DNA from: an uncultured Bacilli bacterium
Lineage (GTDB): Bacteria; Bacillota_I; Bacilli_A; RF39; UBA660
Reading direction: 5' to 3'
NCBI GenBank assembly: GCA_944359095.1
Contig: CALVSS010000003.1
Span: forward strand, 1 to 35,559
DNA length: 35,559 nt
Each line of letters opens with the position of its first letter. Within the stretch, counting starts at the first letter, position 1. Position numbers and translations under genes: made by a program. Below the pieces are notes generated by a model that was not told the origin of the DNA, made no database searches, and saw nothing but the letters and a program-made list of their open reading frames with translations. Positions 9,040-16,995 of this stretch are shown here, piece after piece.

Positions 9040-9070
9040 TTGACAAAAAAGGTGGGGGGGGGGGTATAAT
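9040..9070 (+). promoter_or_regulatory. consensus sigma-A promoter with a G11 tract in a 19-bp spacer (putative phase-variable)
   Basis: TTGACA 9040-9045, spacer aaaaaggt+G11 (G-run 9054-9064), TATAAT 9065-9070. Confidence 0.8.
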
Positions 9071-9125
9071 CTTAATAGGATAATCAATATTGATAATTGA
9101 TTGATATTAAGATAGGAGTAATAAG

Positions 9126-10415
9126 ATGATAAAGAATAGTAAAGGATTTACTTTAATTGAATTACTAGCAGTCATTGTAATTATGGGAATTTTATTAATG
9201 GTAGCGATACCAGCAGTCAGTAGAATTATAGAAAATTCAAGAAAAGATAGTTTAGTTACGATAGCGAAAGAATATGTCAATGCGGTAAGAAATAGTTGGG
9301 CATCCGACTCACTTTTATGTGGAAGTGAAGATAAGGTATCATCCAGTATGGATGAAGGTAATTATTATGTATTAATAGATACTACAACAGAAGCAACGGA
9401 AGAATTATTAGATCAAGGAGGAAAATCTCCATGGGGAAACAGAGACTTAAAAGGCTATGTTAGAGTAAATATAACAACGAATGCTAAAGAACAAAGAGTA
9501 ACAAAATATTATATAGCAATAGCCGATGGAACCCATGGTATTTATGATAATGTATCTTCACCTACAGAAGCCGATGATTTAGCAAGAGGAGACGTTATCG
9601 TAAATTTAGATACCGATGATAATAAAGAAAAGAAGAAAAGTATCATGGAGATACCTTTTGAAACTGGAATGGTAGCATCATGTAGTTTAGAACATGGAAA
9701 CTCTGATGGATTATCGCTTGAAAATGATTCTTGGGAAACCATTATATCAAGAGTTAAAGCTGGACAGGGATACCTATATAAAGTAGGAGATACTAAGACA
9801 GTAAATATGGGAAGTTTAGGAATCCATACGATAAGAGTTGCGAATACCTCAACACCAGCAGAGTGTTCCACCGCAGGCTTTTCTCAAACAGCCTGTGGGT
9901 TTGTCTTAGAGTTTGCAGATGCTATAACAAAACATGTAATGAATTTAGCAAGCGATGGATATCCATACGGGGATAATATAGGAGGATGGCCAGCGAGTGA
10001 GATGTATAACTATGTACAAAATGATATTTATAATGCCTTACCAAATGAATTAAAAAGTGGAATAATAGATACGTATGTAGTATCAGGACATGGCCCAACT
10101 GAATCGGCAAACTTTACTTCAACAGATAAATTATATTTACTATCTAGTAAAGAAGTATGGGGAAGTTATCCTGGTGGTCATGATACAGCAACCACTCAGA
10201 CAAGACAATTAGATTATTATAAAGCTCATGGGGTAACAGTAATCAACTATAGTGGAGCAATAAAAGAATATAATGTATCTAATGTTGTTTGGTGGTTACG
10301 TTCGCCACAGAAATTGTGGGAGAGTTATTTTTTCCATGTTAACGTTTCTGGACATATGGATGCTAATAACTCAATTAGACTTGATGGTGTATCTCCTGCT
10401 TTTCGTATAGGCTAG
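9126..10415 (+). CDS. prepilin-type N-terminal cleavage/methylation domain protein with a C-terminal DUF6273-like (C-type-lectin-fold) domain
   Basis: KG|FTLIELLAVIVIMGILLMVAIP class III signal peptide. C-terminal GGW..SEM, DKLYLLS..EV, WWLRS and GVSPAFRIG motifs. AGGAG RBS. Confidence 0.85.
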   Translation: MIKNSKGFTLIELLAVIVIMGILLMVAIPAVSRIIENSRKDSLVTIAKEYVNAVRNSWASDSLLCGSEDKVSSSMDEGNYYVLIDTTTEATEELLDQGGKSPWGNRDLKGYVRVNITTNAKEQRVTKYYIAIADGTHGIYDNVSSPTEADDLARGDVIVNLDTDDNKEKKKSIMEIPFETGMVASCSLEHGNSDGLSLENDSWETIISRVKAGQGYLYKVGDTKTVNMGSLGIHTIRVANTSTPAECSTAGFSQTACGFVLEFADAITKHVMNLASDGYPYGDNIGGWPASEMYNYVQNDIYNALPNELKSGIIDTYVVSGHGPTESANFTSTDKLYLLSSKEVWGSYPGGHDTATTQTRQLDYYKAHGVTVINYSGAIKEYNVSNVVWWLRSPQKLWESYFFHVNVSGHMDANNSIRLDGVSPAFRIG

Positions 10416-10495
10416 AAGTTCTATTTATGATATATTAGTAAAATAATAAATATTGTTTAACATAAAAAAAGTACTTCTAATTGAAGTGATATGAT

Positions 10496-10533
10496 AAAAG
10501 TAGACAAGGAGAAAAACACTCTAGTCTACTTTT
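10496..10533. repeat. inverted repeat/hairpin inside the IS left end
   Basis: AAAAGTAGAC (10496-10505) / GTCTACTTTT (10524-10533) followed by Ts; terminator-like. Confidence 0.65.
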
Positions 10534-10566
10534 TTCTATGCTATGATGATTGTAGGAGGATAAAAT

Positions 10567-10926
10567 ATGAAGAAGAATAATATGAGGACACCAAAAGAAA
10601 AAGAAAAAATTTTAAAGGAATTCTATTTAGGAAAATTGGGAAGAAATGAAATTTGTAGAAAATATAATATTTCTACTAAAACTTTAGCTGAGTGGAGAAT
10701 TAAATATAAAAAATTCGGTATAGATGGATTAAAATCCAATACAGGGAAATCAAAAGGAGGAAATAAAGGATTAGGAGTAAAGAAAGGAAAAACCAATGAA
10801 GAAAAATTAAAATTAAAAATCATGAGATTGGAAATTGAAAATGCAAGATTAAAAAAAGGTTATCTAGTGAAAGGAGGTGGGGATCAAAAGGAATACGTTA
10901 CTACATTAGACGAGAATACGAAATAA
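10567..10926 (+). CDS. IS3 transposase OrfA (HTH)
   Basis: HTH (RNEICRKYNISTKTLAEW...GIDGL) and leucine-zipper end LEIENARLKK. AGGAGG RBS. Confidence 0.9.
   Translation: MKKNNMRTPKEKEKILKEFYLGKLGRNEICRKYNISTKTLAEWRIKYKKFGIDGLKSNTGKSKGGNKGLGVKKGKTNEEKLKLKIMRLEIENARLKKGYLVKGGGDQKEYVTTLDENTK
10849..10858 (+). promoter_or_regulatory. -1 programmed ribosomal frameshift site (A7G) fusing OrfA to OrfB
   Basis: TTA AAA AAA G in the OrfA frame. The -1 frame is open from 10857 (RLSSERRWGSKGIRYYIRREYEIIEELK...) straight into OrfB. Confidence 0.8.
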
Positions 10927-11783
10927 TAGAGGAATTAAAATCACAATATTCAATAGTTAGTTTGTGTAAAGAAATGGCAGTAAGTAAATCAGGTTATTAT
11001 AAATGGAAATATAGAAAAGAAAATCCAAGTTTAAAAGCAATATCTAGACAGTCAGATATAGATTTAATAAAAGAAATACATAAGAAACATCCTTCTCATG
11101 GCTATAGGTGGATAAATGCCTATGCCAGAAATAAATATGGTGTAGTATGGTCTGATAATCATGTTCATTTGTGTTGTAAATATGAAAATATTAGATCACA
11201 AGGTAAACATTATCAATGGAAGAAACCCGATGAGGAACATGAAAAATTTAATAATCTTGTATGGAATGGTTGGAAATATTTAAGTAGGCCATATGAAGTA
11301 ATTGTATCTGATATGACTGCTTTTAAAGTTAAAGGGGTTTATTATGAACTTACTTTATATTTCGATGCTTGGAATAAAGAAATAATTGGGTATGGATTAG
11401 TTTCTCGTAAAGGTAATACTAAATCATATTATGATGGTCTAAATCAAGTTTTAAGCAAAATAAAAGAAGAACAAATTGAAGAACCTATAATCTTGCATAC
11501 AGATCAAGGAACCGTTTATTCTTCTACTAGTTATAACAATCTTCTAAATGAATTTAATATTCAAAGATCCATGTCTAGAGCTGGCACTCCTACAGACAAC
11601 CCCGTTAATGAATCATTAAATGGATGGATTAAAGAAGAATTGTTTATTGACTTTGATTTAAAACATTCTAATGATGTTTCAAATCTAATAAAATTATACA
11701 TTAATTATTATAATTATGAAAGACCTAGTTATGCATTAAAATATAAAACCCCAATTCAATATAAAATTGAATCAGGATTTTAA
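10857..11783 (+). CDS. IS3 transposase OrfB (DDE/rve domain), probably expressed via frameshift
   Basis: VSKSGYYKW, SHGYR, VSDMT (D), HTDQG (D), MSRAG.P.DN...ES..G (E), YN.ERP..L...TP. Confidence 0.92.
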   Translation, partial: RLSSERRWGSKGIRYYIRREYEIIEELKSQYSIVSLCKEMAVSKSGYYKWKYRKENPSLKAISRQSDIDLIKEIHKKHPSHGYRWINAYARNKYGVVWSDNHVHLCCKYENIRSQGKHYQWKKPDEEHEKFNNLVWNGWKYLSRPYEVIVSDMTAFKVKGVYYELTLYFDAWNKEIIGYGLVSRKGNTKSYYDGLNQVLSKIKEEQIEEPIILHTDQGTVYSSTSYNNLLNEFNIQRSMSRAGTPTDNPVNESLNGWIKEELFIDFDLKHSNDVSNLIKLYINYYNYERPSYALKYKTPIQYKIESGF

Positions 11784-11809
11784 TAGATTGCTTTTTAAAC
11801 TGTCTACAT

Positions 11810-12160
11810 TTACTTGACTAGTTCATAATGAAGTGCTTTTTTTTGTAGTTTATCGTATTGTTCATACATTTTTTGAACATTATTTTCTAATAAATAATAA
11901 TGTAGTATATAGGGAACAAATAAAATTAAAAGAGCAATAAATACAATAATTAATCCAATATTTTCTAAAGATAGGCCAAATAATAAAAATAATATAGCAA
12001 GAATTCCTGTAAAGACAGTAACAATTAAATGAATTAATCTTTCATGTTGAAATTGTTCTATTTGGATTAAATGATAGGTTAGTCTCTCTTTTGTTATAGT
12101 ATTTTTTGTTTCTATATCTTTATCTGTTTCTTTTACGTAGTTTAAAATTCTTTCTTTCAT
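11810..12160 (-). CDS. small conserved-looking membrane protein (2 TM); C-terminus extended by the IS end
   Basis: QFQHERLIHLIVT and HYYLLENNVQKMY around two hydrophobic segments. The last 5 codons (YELVK) run into the IS IRR. Confidence 0.8.
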   Translation of the reverse strand: MKERILNYVKETDKDIETKNTITKERLTYHLIQIEQFQHERLIHLIVTVFTGILAILFLLFGLSLENIGLIIVFIALLILFVPYILHYYLLENNVQKMYEQYDKLQKKALHYELVK

Positions 12161-12206
12161 TTTTTTACCTTCTTTTCTTAATTTTATTATAAATAAAAAA
12201 TAGACG

Positions 12207-12893
12207 TTAGTCTATCTTTTCTGATAATTTTTCATTATCAAAGTCTTTTTCATCTTCCATTAATAATTCGTGGATTTCTTCTTCTTTGGTATCTACAAAG
12301 ACTTCTTCAATTCTATCAACTCGACACTTTTCAGCTTTAATTATGGCATCTACTTTATCAATTGCCTCATCTAGGTCGTCATTTACTACAACATAATTAT
12401 ATTTTGATATTTCATTGATTTCTTTATAAGCTTGATGGAAACGTTCTAGTATTTTTTCTTTAGAGTCTGTGCCACGCTTTTTTAATCTTTTTACTAAAAC
12501 TTTTAGAGAAGGGGGAAGAATAAAAATAAAGATTGCTTCTGGTACTAATTTTTTAATATTACTAGCACCTTCAATTTCTATTTCTAGGATAACATCCATT
12601 CCTTTATCTAATTTTTCTTTAATAGTTCCTTTTGGAGTACCATAGTAATTTCCAGCATAGTTTGTATATTCCAAAAAATGATTTTCTTTAATAAGTTTTT
12701 CAAATTCTTCTTTACTGACGAAATTATAAGTTACTCCTGGAATATCATTAGTTCTTGGTTTTCTACTTGTTGTTGATACCGATAACCAAGTATTTTTATT
12801 CTTTTCAAGTAGTCCATGAATGATTGTTCCTTTCCCAGATCCGCTTGGAGCTGATATTACGATTAATTGACCAGTTTTCTTTTGTTTAATCAT
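12207..12893 (-). CDS. gmk: guanylate kinase
   Basis: SAPSGSGKGT P-loop, SVSTTSRKPR, NYYGTP, FILPPS, YNYVVVND. Confidence 0.96.
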   Translation of the reverse strand: MIKQKKTGQLIVISAPSGSGKGTIIHGLLEKNKNTWLSVSTTSRKPRTNDIPGVTYNFVSKEEFEKLIKENHFLEYTNYAGNYYGTPKGTIKEKLDKGMDVILEIEIEGASNIKKLVPEAIFIFILPPSLKVLVKRLKKRGTDSKEKILERFHQAYKEINEISKYNYVVVNDDLDEAIDKVDAIIKAEKCRVDRIEEVFVDTKEEEIHELLMEDEKDFDNEKLSEKID

Positions 12894-14049
12894 TTACATT
12901 CTCCTTCCTATATAAATGTTGATTATATTCTTTTTTATATTCTTGTTCACTATTTTTATATGGTAATTGATATATTTTAGTAGTATTTAGTTCTAATTCT
13001 AATAATTTATCTTTTTCTTGGGATATTTTACTAATGATAGGGTAAGTAATTTCTTTTTTATGTTTATTTAAATATTGTCTTCCTTTTTCATTAAAACCTA
13101 GTAAGCGAATATAAGTTATCTTTTGATAATTTTTCATCTCTTCTTTTGTATCATTACAAAGAATATGTAAAAGAGCTCTTGATATTTTACTATAGGTTTG
13201 ATGTTTAGATTTTACTTTTTGTATTAAGTTATCATATGTTGTTGCAGTCATAATTTCTTTTTTTAATTTTATAGCTAAATCTTGGTCTACTAAATGATAT
13301 TTTTCTAAATTCTTTTCTGTTATTATTTTATATTTTAAAAAGTTAAAATAGTCTTCTTTTTTATGAATGGTTTTTGTTTTTAATATTTTATAGGTATTAT
13401 TTGGTACTGTAGTTTTAATTTTATCTAAATCAGCAATATTTTCTCTAATAGAAGTAGCACTACTAATTTCTCCCGTTAATTCTTTTTCATTATAATTATT
13501 GGTTCTTTGTATTGTTAGGGGAGTAATTTTGTAGTGATTTTGTAAGATGGTTTTGATATATGTAATTCCTAAGATATCGTTTGGAGTTGATATTGTTTTT
13601 CCTGTTAAATCTTTTAGTGCTAAGGATAAAGCTGTAGGGTAATTATAACCAAATTTAGAATATATTTTTACTAGTTTGTCAAAGTCTTCTTGTTCTAGTT
13701 CTGCTTTTGCAATTTCCGTGATATCTGCGATATTATTAGATTCACTTCCAAAAATTAGTTTATCTACTTTTAAAGCTTCTAAGAGAGTAATTCCTGCGTA
13801 GCTAAAATAGTCAGCACTTTGTGTTACAAAAGCATAAGGAATTTCTACTACTAAGTCAACACCATTTTCTATTGCTGATTTTGTCCTTTCCCATTTATCT
13901 ATTATCATAGGTTCTCCACGTTGGGTAAAGTTTCCACTCATCGCTACTATTATCGTTGCTTCTGGATATTTTTCTTTTATTTTTTGTATTTGATATAAGT
14001 GTCCATTATGAAATGGATTATATTCAGCTATAATTCCAATACTTGACAT
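12886..14049 (-). CDS. tmcAL: tRNA(Met) cytidine acetate ligase (YlbM/TmcAL, HIGH nucleotidyltransferase)
   Basis: GIIAEYNPFHNGHLY, MSGNFTQRGEP, PNDILG, SATSIR, YIRLLGF. Start placed at MSSIG after a GAGG RBS. Confidence 0.9.
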   Translation of the reverse strand: MSSIGIIAEYNPFHNGHLYQIQKIKEKYPEATIIVAMSGNFTQRGEPMIIDKWERTKSAIENGVDLVVEIPYAFVTQSADYFSYAGITLLEALKVDKLIFGSESNNIADITEIAKAELEQEDFDKLVKIYSKFGYNYPTALSLALKDLTGKTISTPNDILGITYIKTILQNHYKITPLTIQRTNNYNEKELTGEISSATSIRENIADLDKIKTTVPNNTYKILKTKTIHKKEDYFNFLKYKIITEKNLEKYHLVDQDLAIKLKKEIMTATTYDNLIQKVKSKHQTYSKISRALLHILCNDTKEEMKNYQKITYIRLLGFNEKGRQYLNKHKKEITYPIISKISQEKDKLLELELNTTKIYQLPYKNSEQEYKKEYNQHLYRKENVND

Positions 14050-14222
14050 AGAATTCCTCTTTTCTTTTCCATAGTTTAGCATATATTTTTGGAAATGACA
14101 ATTTACAGTTGTGTTATTTACTTATTTTTTATTATGAGGTATAATTTTCTTATGATTGAAGGATATATTCGTATTTTTTTTAAGATTTTGAATAAAATTT
14201 AATGATTTAGGATGTGAAGAGG

Positions 14223-15302
14223 ATGAGAGTTATAGTAGCAGCAGGAGGTACTGGTGGCCATATTTATCCTGCCTTAGCCATTATTGATAGAATTAAAGAA
14301 CGTGATAAAAATAGTGAAGTTTTATATATAGGTACTACTAACCGGATGGAAAAAGATATTGTTCCAAAGCGCGGTATTGCTTTTGTTGGAGTAGATATTG
14401 AAGGCTTAAATAGAAAAAATTTGTTTGCTAATTTTAAAGTGATGAAAAAGTTTTTTAAAGCGGTATCTAAATCTAAACAAATTATTTCGGATTTTAAACC
14501 GGATATCGTGATTGGTGTTGGGGGATATATTACAGCACCTGTTTTATATGCTGCTCATAAATTGAATATTAAGACAATGATTCATGAACAAAATTCTATT
14601 CCAGGGCTTTCTAATAAATTTTTAGCTAGGTTTGTTGATACTATTTGTGTCTCTTTACCTGGTAGTATTCAATATTTTCCAAAGAAGAAAACAGTTTATA
14701 CGGGAAATCCTAGAAGTGAAGAAATTTTAAAAATTGAAAAAATCTCTAAAACAAAGTATGGTTTTTCTCCATCTAAAAAGTTAGTTCTTATTGTAATGGG
14801 GTCTTTAGGATCTACTACGATGACTAAAAAATTAAAAGAAGCAATTCTTAATTTTAGAGATAAAAACTATCAAGTATTAGTAATTACAGGTAAAGCATAT
14901 TATGATGATTATTCTAGTATTATGCTACCAGATAATGTTTCTTTACTTCCTTATACAGAAGAGTTAATTCAAATTATGAAAGATACAGATTTAATGGTAT
15001 CTAGAGCAGGAGCTTCTACTATTTCTGAGATTACTGGAATTGGGTTACCCTCTATTTTAGTACCTTCTCCTTATGTTACTCATAATCATCAATACTTAAA
15101 TGCGAAAGAATTAGAAGATGCAGGTGCTTGTAAGATACTTGAAGAAAAAGATTTTTCTCCTAGTAAATTATGTCTTTTAATAGATCAAATTTTATCTAAT
15201 CAAAAACTTTATTCTTCTATGAAAAAGGCGAGTAGTAAATTTGGTGTAAAAGATTCTCTTACAAGAATTTATCAGGAGATTACAAAGTTAGTTGGTGAAT
15301 AA
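14223..15302 (+). CDS. murG: undecaprenyldiphospho-muramoylpentapeptide beta-N-acetylglucosaminyltransferase
   Basis: GGTGGHIYPA, GGY, HEQN, TGNPR, GSLG, SRAGAST, HQ..NA. Confidence 0.97.
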   Translation: MRVIVAAGGTGGHIYPALAIIDRIKERDKNSEVLYIGTTNRMEKDIVPKRGIAFVGVDIEGLNRKNLFANFKVMKKFFKAVSKSKQIISDFKPDIVIGVGGYITAPVLYAAHKLNIKTMIHEQNSIPGLSNKFLARFVDTICVSLPGSIQYFPKKKTVYTGNPRSEEILKIEKISKTKYGFSPSKKLVLIVMGSLGSTTMTKKLKEAILNFRDKNYQVLVITGKAYYDDYSSIMLPDNVSLLPYTEELIQIMKDTDLMVSRAGASTISEITGIGLPSILVPSPYVTHNHQYLNAKELEDAGACKILEEKDFSPSKLCLLIDQILSNQKLYSSMKKASSKFGVKDSLTRIYQEITKLVGE

Positions 15303-15303
15303 T

Positions 15304-16212
15304 ATGAAGCAATTATTAGATGAATTAGAAAAAATGAATTTAGGTAAGATTGATAGGGAGGTTTCGTTAGATAAATATACTACTTATCGTGTAGGTGGTG
15401 TTGCGAATGCTATTATCTATCCTAAAAATATTGAATGTTTAAAGAAACTATTACAAATATTGAAAGAAAGAAATATTCTTTTTAAAGTGATTGGTTTTGG
15501 TTCTAATTTATTGTTTAGTAGTAAGCGCTTTGATGGAATTATTATTCGATTAGACTGTTTTGATTATTTAGAATTCTTACCATCTAATAAACTTCGTGTA
15601 GGAGCTGGATATTCGTTAATGAAGCTTTCCAATTTAGTTGCGAAGCATGGACTAACTGGTTTGGAATTTGCTAGTGGTATTCCTGGAACTGTTGGAGGAG
15701 CTATTTATATGAATGCTGGGGCTTATAAGAGTGATATGGGCTATATTGCGCAAACGGTTACTGTTTTAACTCCAGACTTACGAGTAATTAAATTAGAAAA
15801 TAAAGAGATGAATTTTCATTATCGTAGTTCTTTTTTACAAACCCATCCAGGATTTATTTGTTTAGAAGTTGTTTTGCGTCTTGCTAAAGGGAAAAGGGAA
15901 GCAATCGAAGAAGTTATTCGTGATCGTAGAAAGAGAAGAATGGAGTCTCAGCCTTTAGAATTTCCATCCGCTGGTTCTGTTTTTCGTAATCCAGAAGGGA
16001 TGTTTGCAGGCCAGTTAATCGAATCTTTAGGATTAAAGGGTTATTCTATTGGTGGTGCTAAAGTTAGCGAAAAACATGCCAATTTTATTATTAATTATCA
16101 TCATGCTACTAGTGAAGATATTAGAAATTTAATTTTATATGTAAAAGAAAAGGTTAGGGAAAAGTATCAGGTTGAATTAAAAGTAGAACAAGAATTTGTA
16201 AATTGGGAGTAA
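15304..16212 (+). CDS. murB: UDP-N-acetylenolpyruvoylglucosamine reductase
   Basis: TTYRVGG, GSNLL, GIPGTVGGAIYMNAGAY, QP...PSAGSVFRNP, SEKHANF. Confidence 0.97.
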   Translation: MKQLLDELEKMNLGKIDREVSLDKYTTYRVGGVANAIIYPKNIECLKKLLQILKERNILFKVIGFGSNLLFSSKRFDGIIIRLDCFDYLEFLPSNKLRVGAGYSLMKLSNLVAKHGLTGLEFASGIPGTVGGAIYMNAGAYKSDMGYIAQTVTVLTPDLRVIKLENKEMNFHYRSSFLQTHPGFICLEVVLRLAKGKREAIEEVIRDRRKRRMESQPLEFPSAGSVFRNPEGMFAGQLIESLGLKGYSIGGAKVSEKHANFIINYHHATSEDIRNLILYVKEKVREKYQVELKVEQEFVNWE

Positions 16213-16907
16213 TGTACGTGGCAAAAAAAATAATCAAAAAAAGAAAAATTAAATGGCTACCTTGTCTTATAGTGCTTCTTGTTTTAGGGGGACTATCTTT
16301 TGGTGGTTATTATTTTATAAAACTTCCTATTAAAAATTTAATTGTAGAAAATACTACGTATCTAAATGATGACTATATTTTAGAACTAGCAGGGGTTGAA
16401 GATTATCCTAGTTTTTGGCTTATTTCTACTAAAAAAATAGAAGAAAAATTAGAAGATGACCCTTATATTTTAAAAGCAAGTGTCAAACGAAGATTTTTTC
16501 ATATTTTAGTGCTAGATATTAAAGAAAATAAGCCTTTATTTATTAATAATACGAATCAAACGGTTGCCTTTTCTGATAAAGAAGAAGTTCCTGTTTCTTC
16601 TGAAATTGATTTATTTCGAATTCCTAGATTAATTAATTATGTTCCAGATAATAAATATAAGTCTTTTATTCAAGGAATGGCTAATATTAAAAAGGATATT
16701 TTAGGTAAAATCTCTGATATTGAATATCAACCTAATGAATATGATAAAGATCGTTTCTTATTGTATATGGATGATGGAAATATGGTTTATTTGACTTTAA
16801 CAAAGTTTGATATGATTAATTATTATAATGATGTTTTAAGTCAATTAGAAAATAAAAAAGGTATTTTATATTTAGATAGTGGTAATCATTTTCAAATTAT
16901 GGAGTAA
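16212..16907 (+). CDS. divIB: cell division protein FtsQ/DivIB (POTRA)
   Basis: Basic N-terminus, one TM, POTRA-like region, ISDIEY.P...D..R.LLYMDDGN.V and KGILYLD. Position after murB. Start is either 16212 ATG or 16218 GTG. Confidence 0.85.
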   Translation: MYVAKKIIKKRKIKWLPCLIVLLVLGGLSFGGYYFIKLPIKNLIVENTTYLNDDYILELAGVEDYPSFWLISTKKIEEKLEDDPYILKASVKRRFFHILVLDIKENKPLFINNTNQTVAFSDKEEVPVSSEIDLFRIPRLINYVPDNKYKSFIQGMANIKKDILGKISDIEYQPNEYDKDRFLLYMDDGNMVYLTLTKFDMINYYNDVLSQLENKKGILYLDSGNHFQIME

Positions 16908-16929
16908 AAGAAGTTTTTACTTCTTTTTT
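16906..16929 (+). terminator. intrinsic terminator after divIB
   Basis: AAAAGAAGT-tttt-ACTTCTTTT plus Ts. Confidence 0.7.
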
Positions 16930-16995
16930 GTTTTCTAAAAAGAAAAATATAGGTATAATGGTTATAGAATATAAGTCTTTTAAAGAGGTGCCACT

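Larger units (their letters stand above)
10482..11825 (+). mobile_element. complete IS3-family (IS150-like) insertion sequence with 4-bp target duplication
   Basis: IRL TGAAGTGATATGATAAAAGTAGACA (10482-10506) matches the reverse complement of IRR (11801-11825) at 17 of 25 positions, with TG...CA ends. TAAT is duplicated at 10478-10481 and 11826-11829. Carries orfA and orfB. Confidence 0.9.

Noticed and set aside
9542-10110. Minus-strand ORFs 9542..9871 and 9922..10110
   Set aside because: Antisense shadows of the pilin-like gene, with no recognisable motifs.
10416-10481. Local DGR template repeat or accessory genes after the pilin-like gene
   Set aside because: No second copy of the 3' segment and no reverse transcriptase seen anywhere in the window.
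10623-10823. 66-aa minus-strand ORF
   Set aside because: Antisense shadow of IS orfA; F/P-rich because it mirrors A/G-rich sequence.
10857-10961. IS pseudogene because orfA and orfB are out of frame
   Set aside because: The offset is the normal IS3 -1 programmed frameshift arrangement. The DDE triad and both IRs appear intact.
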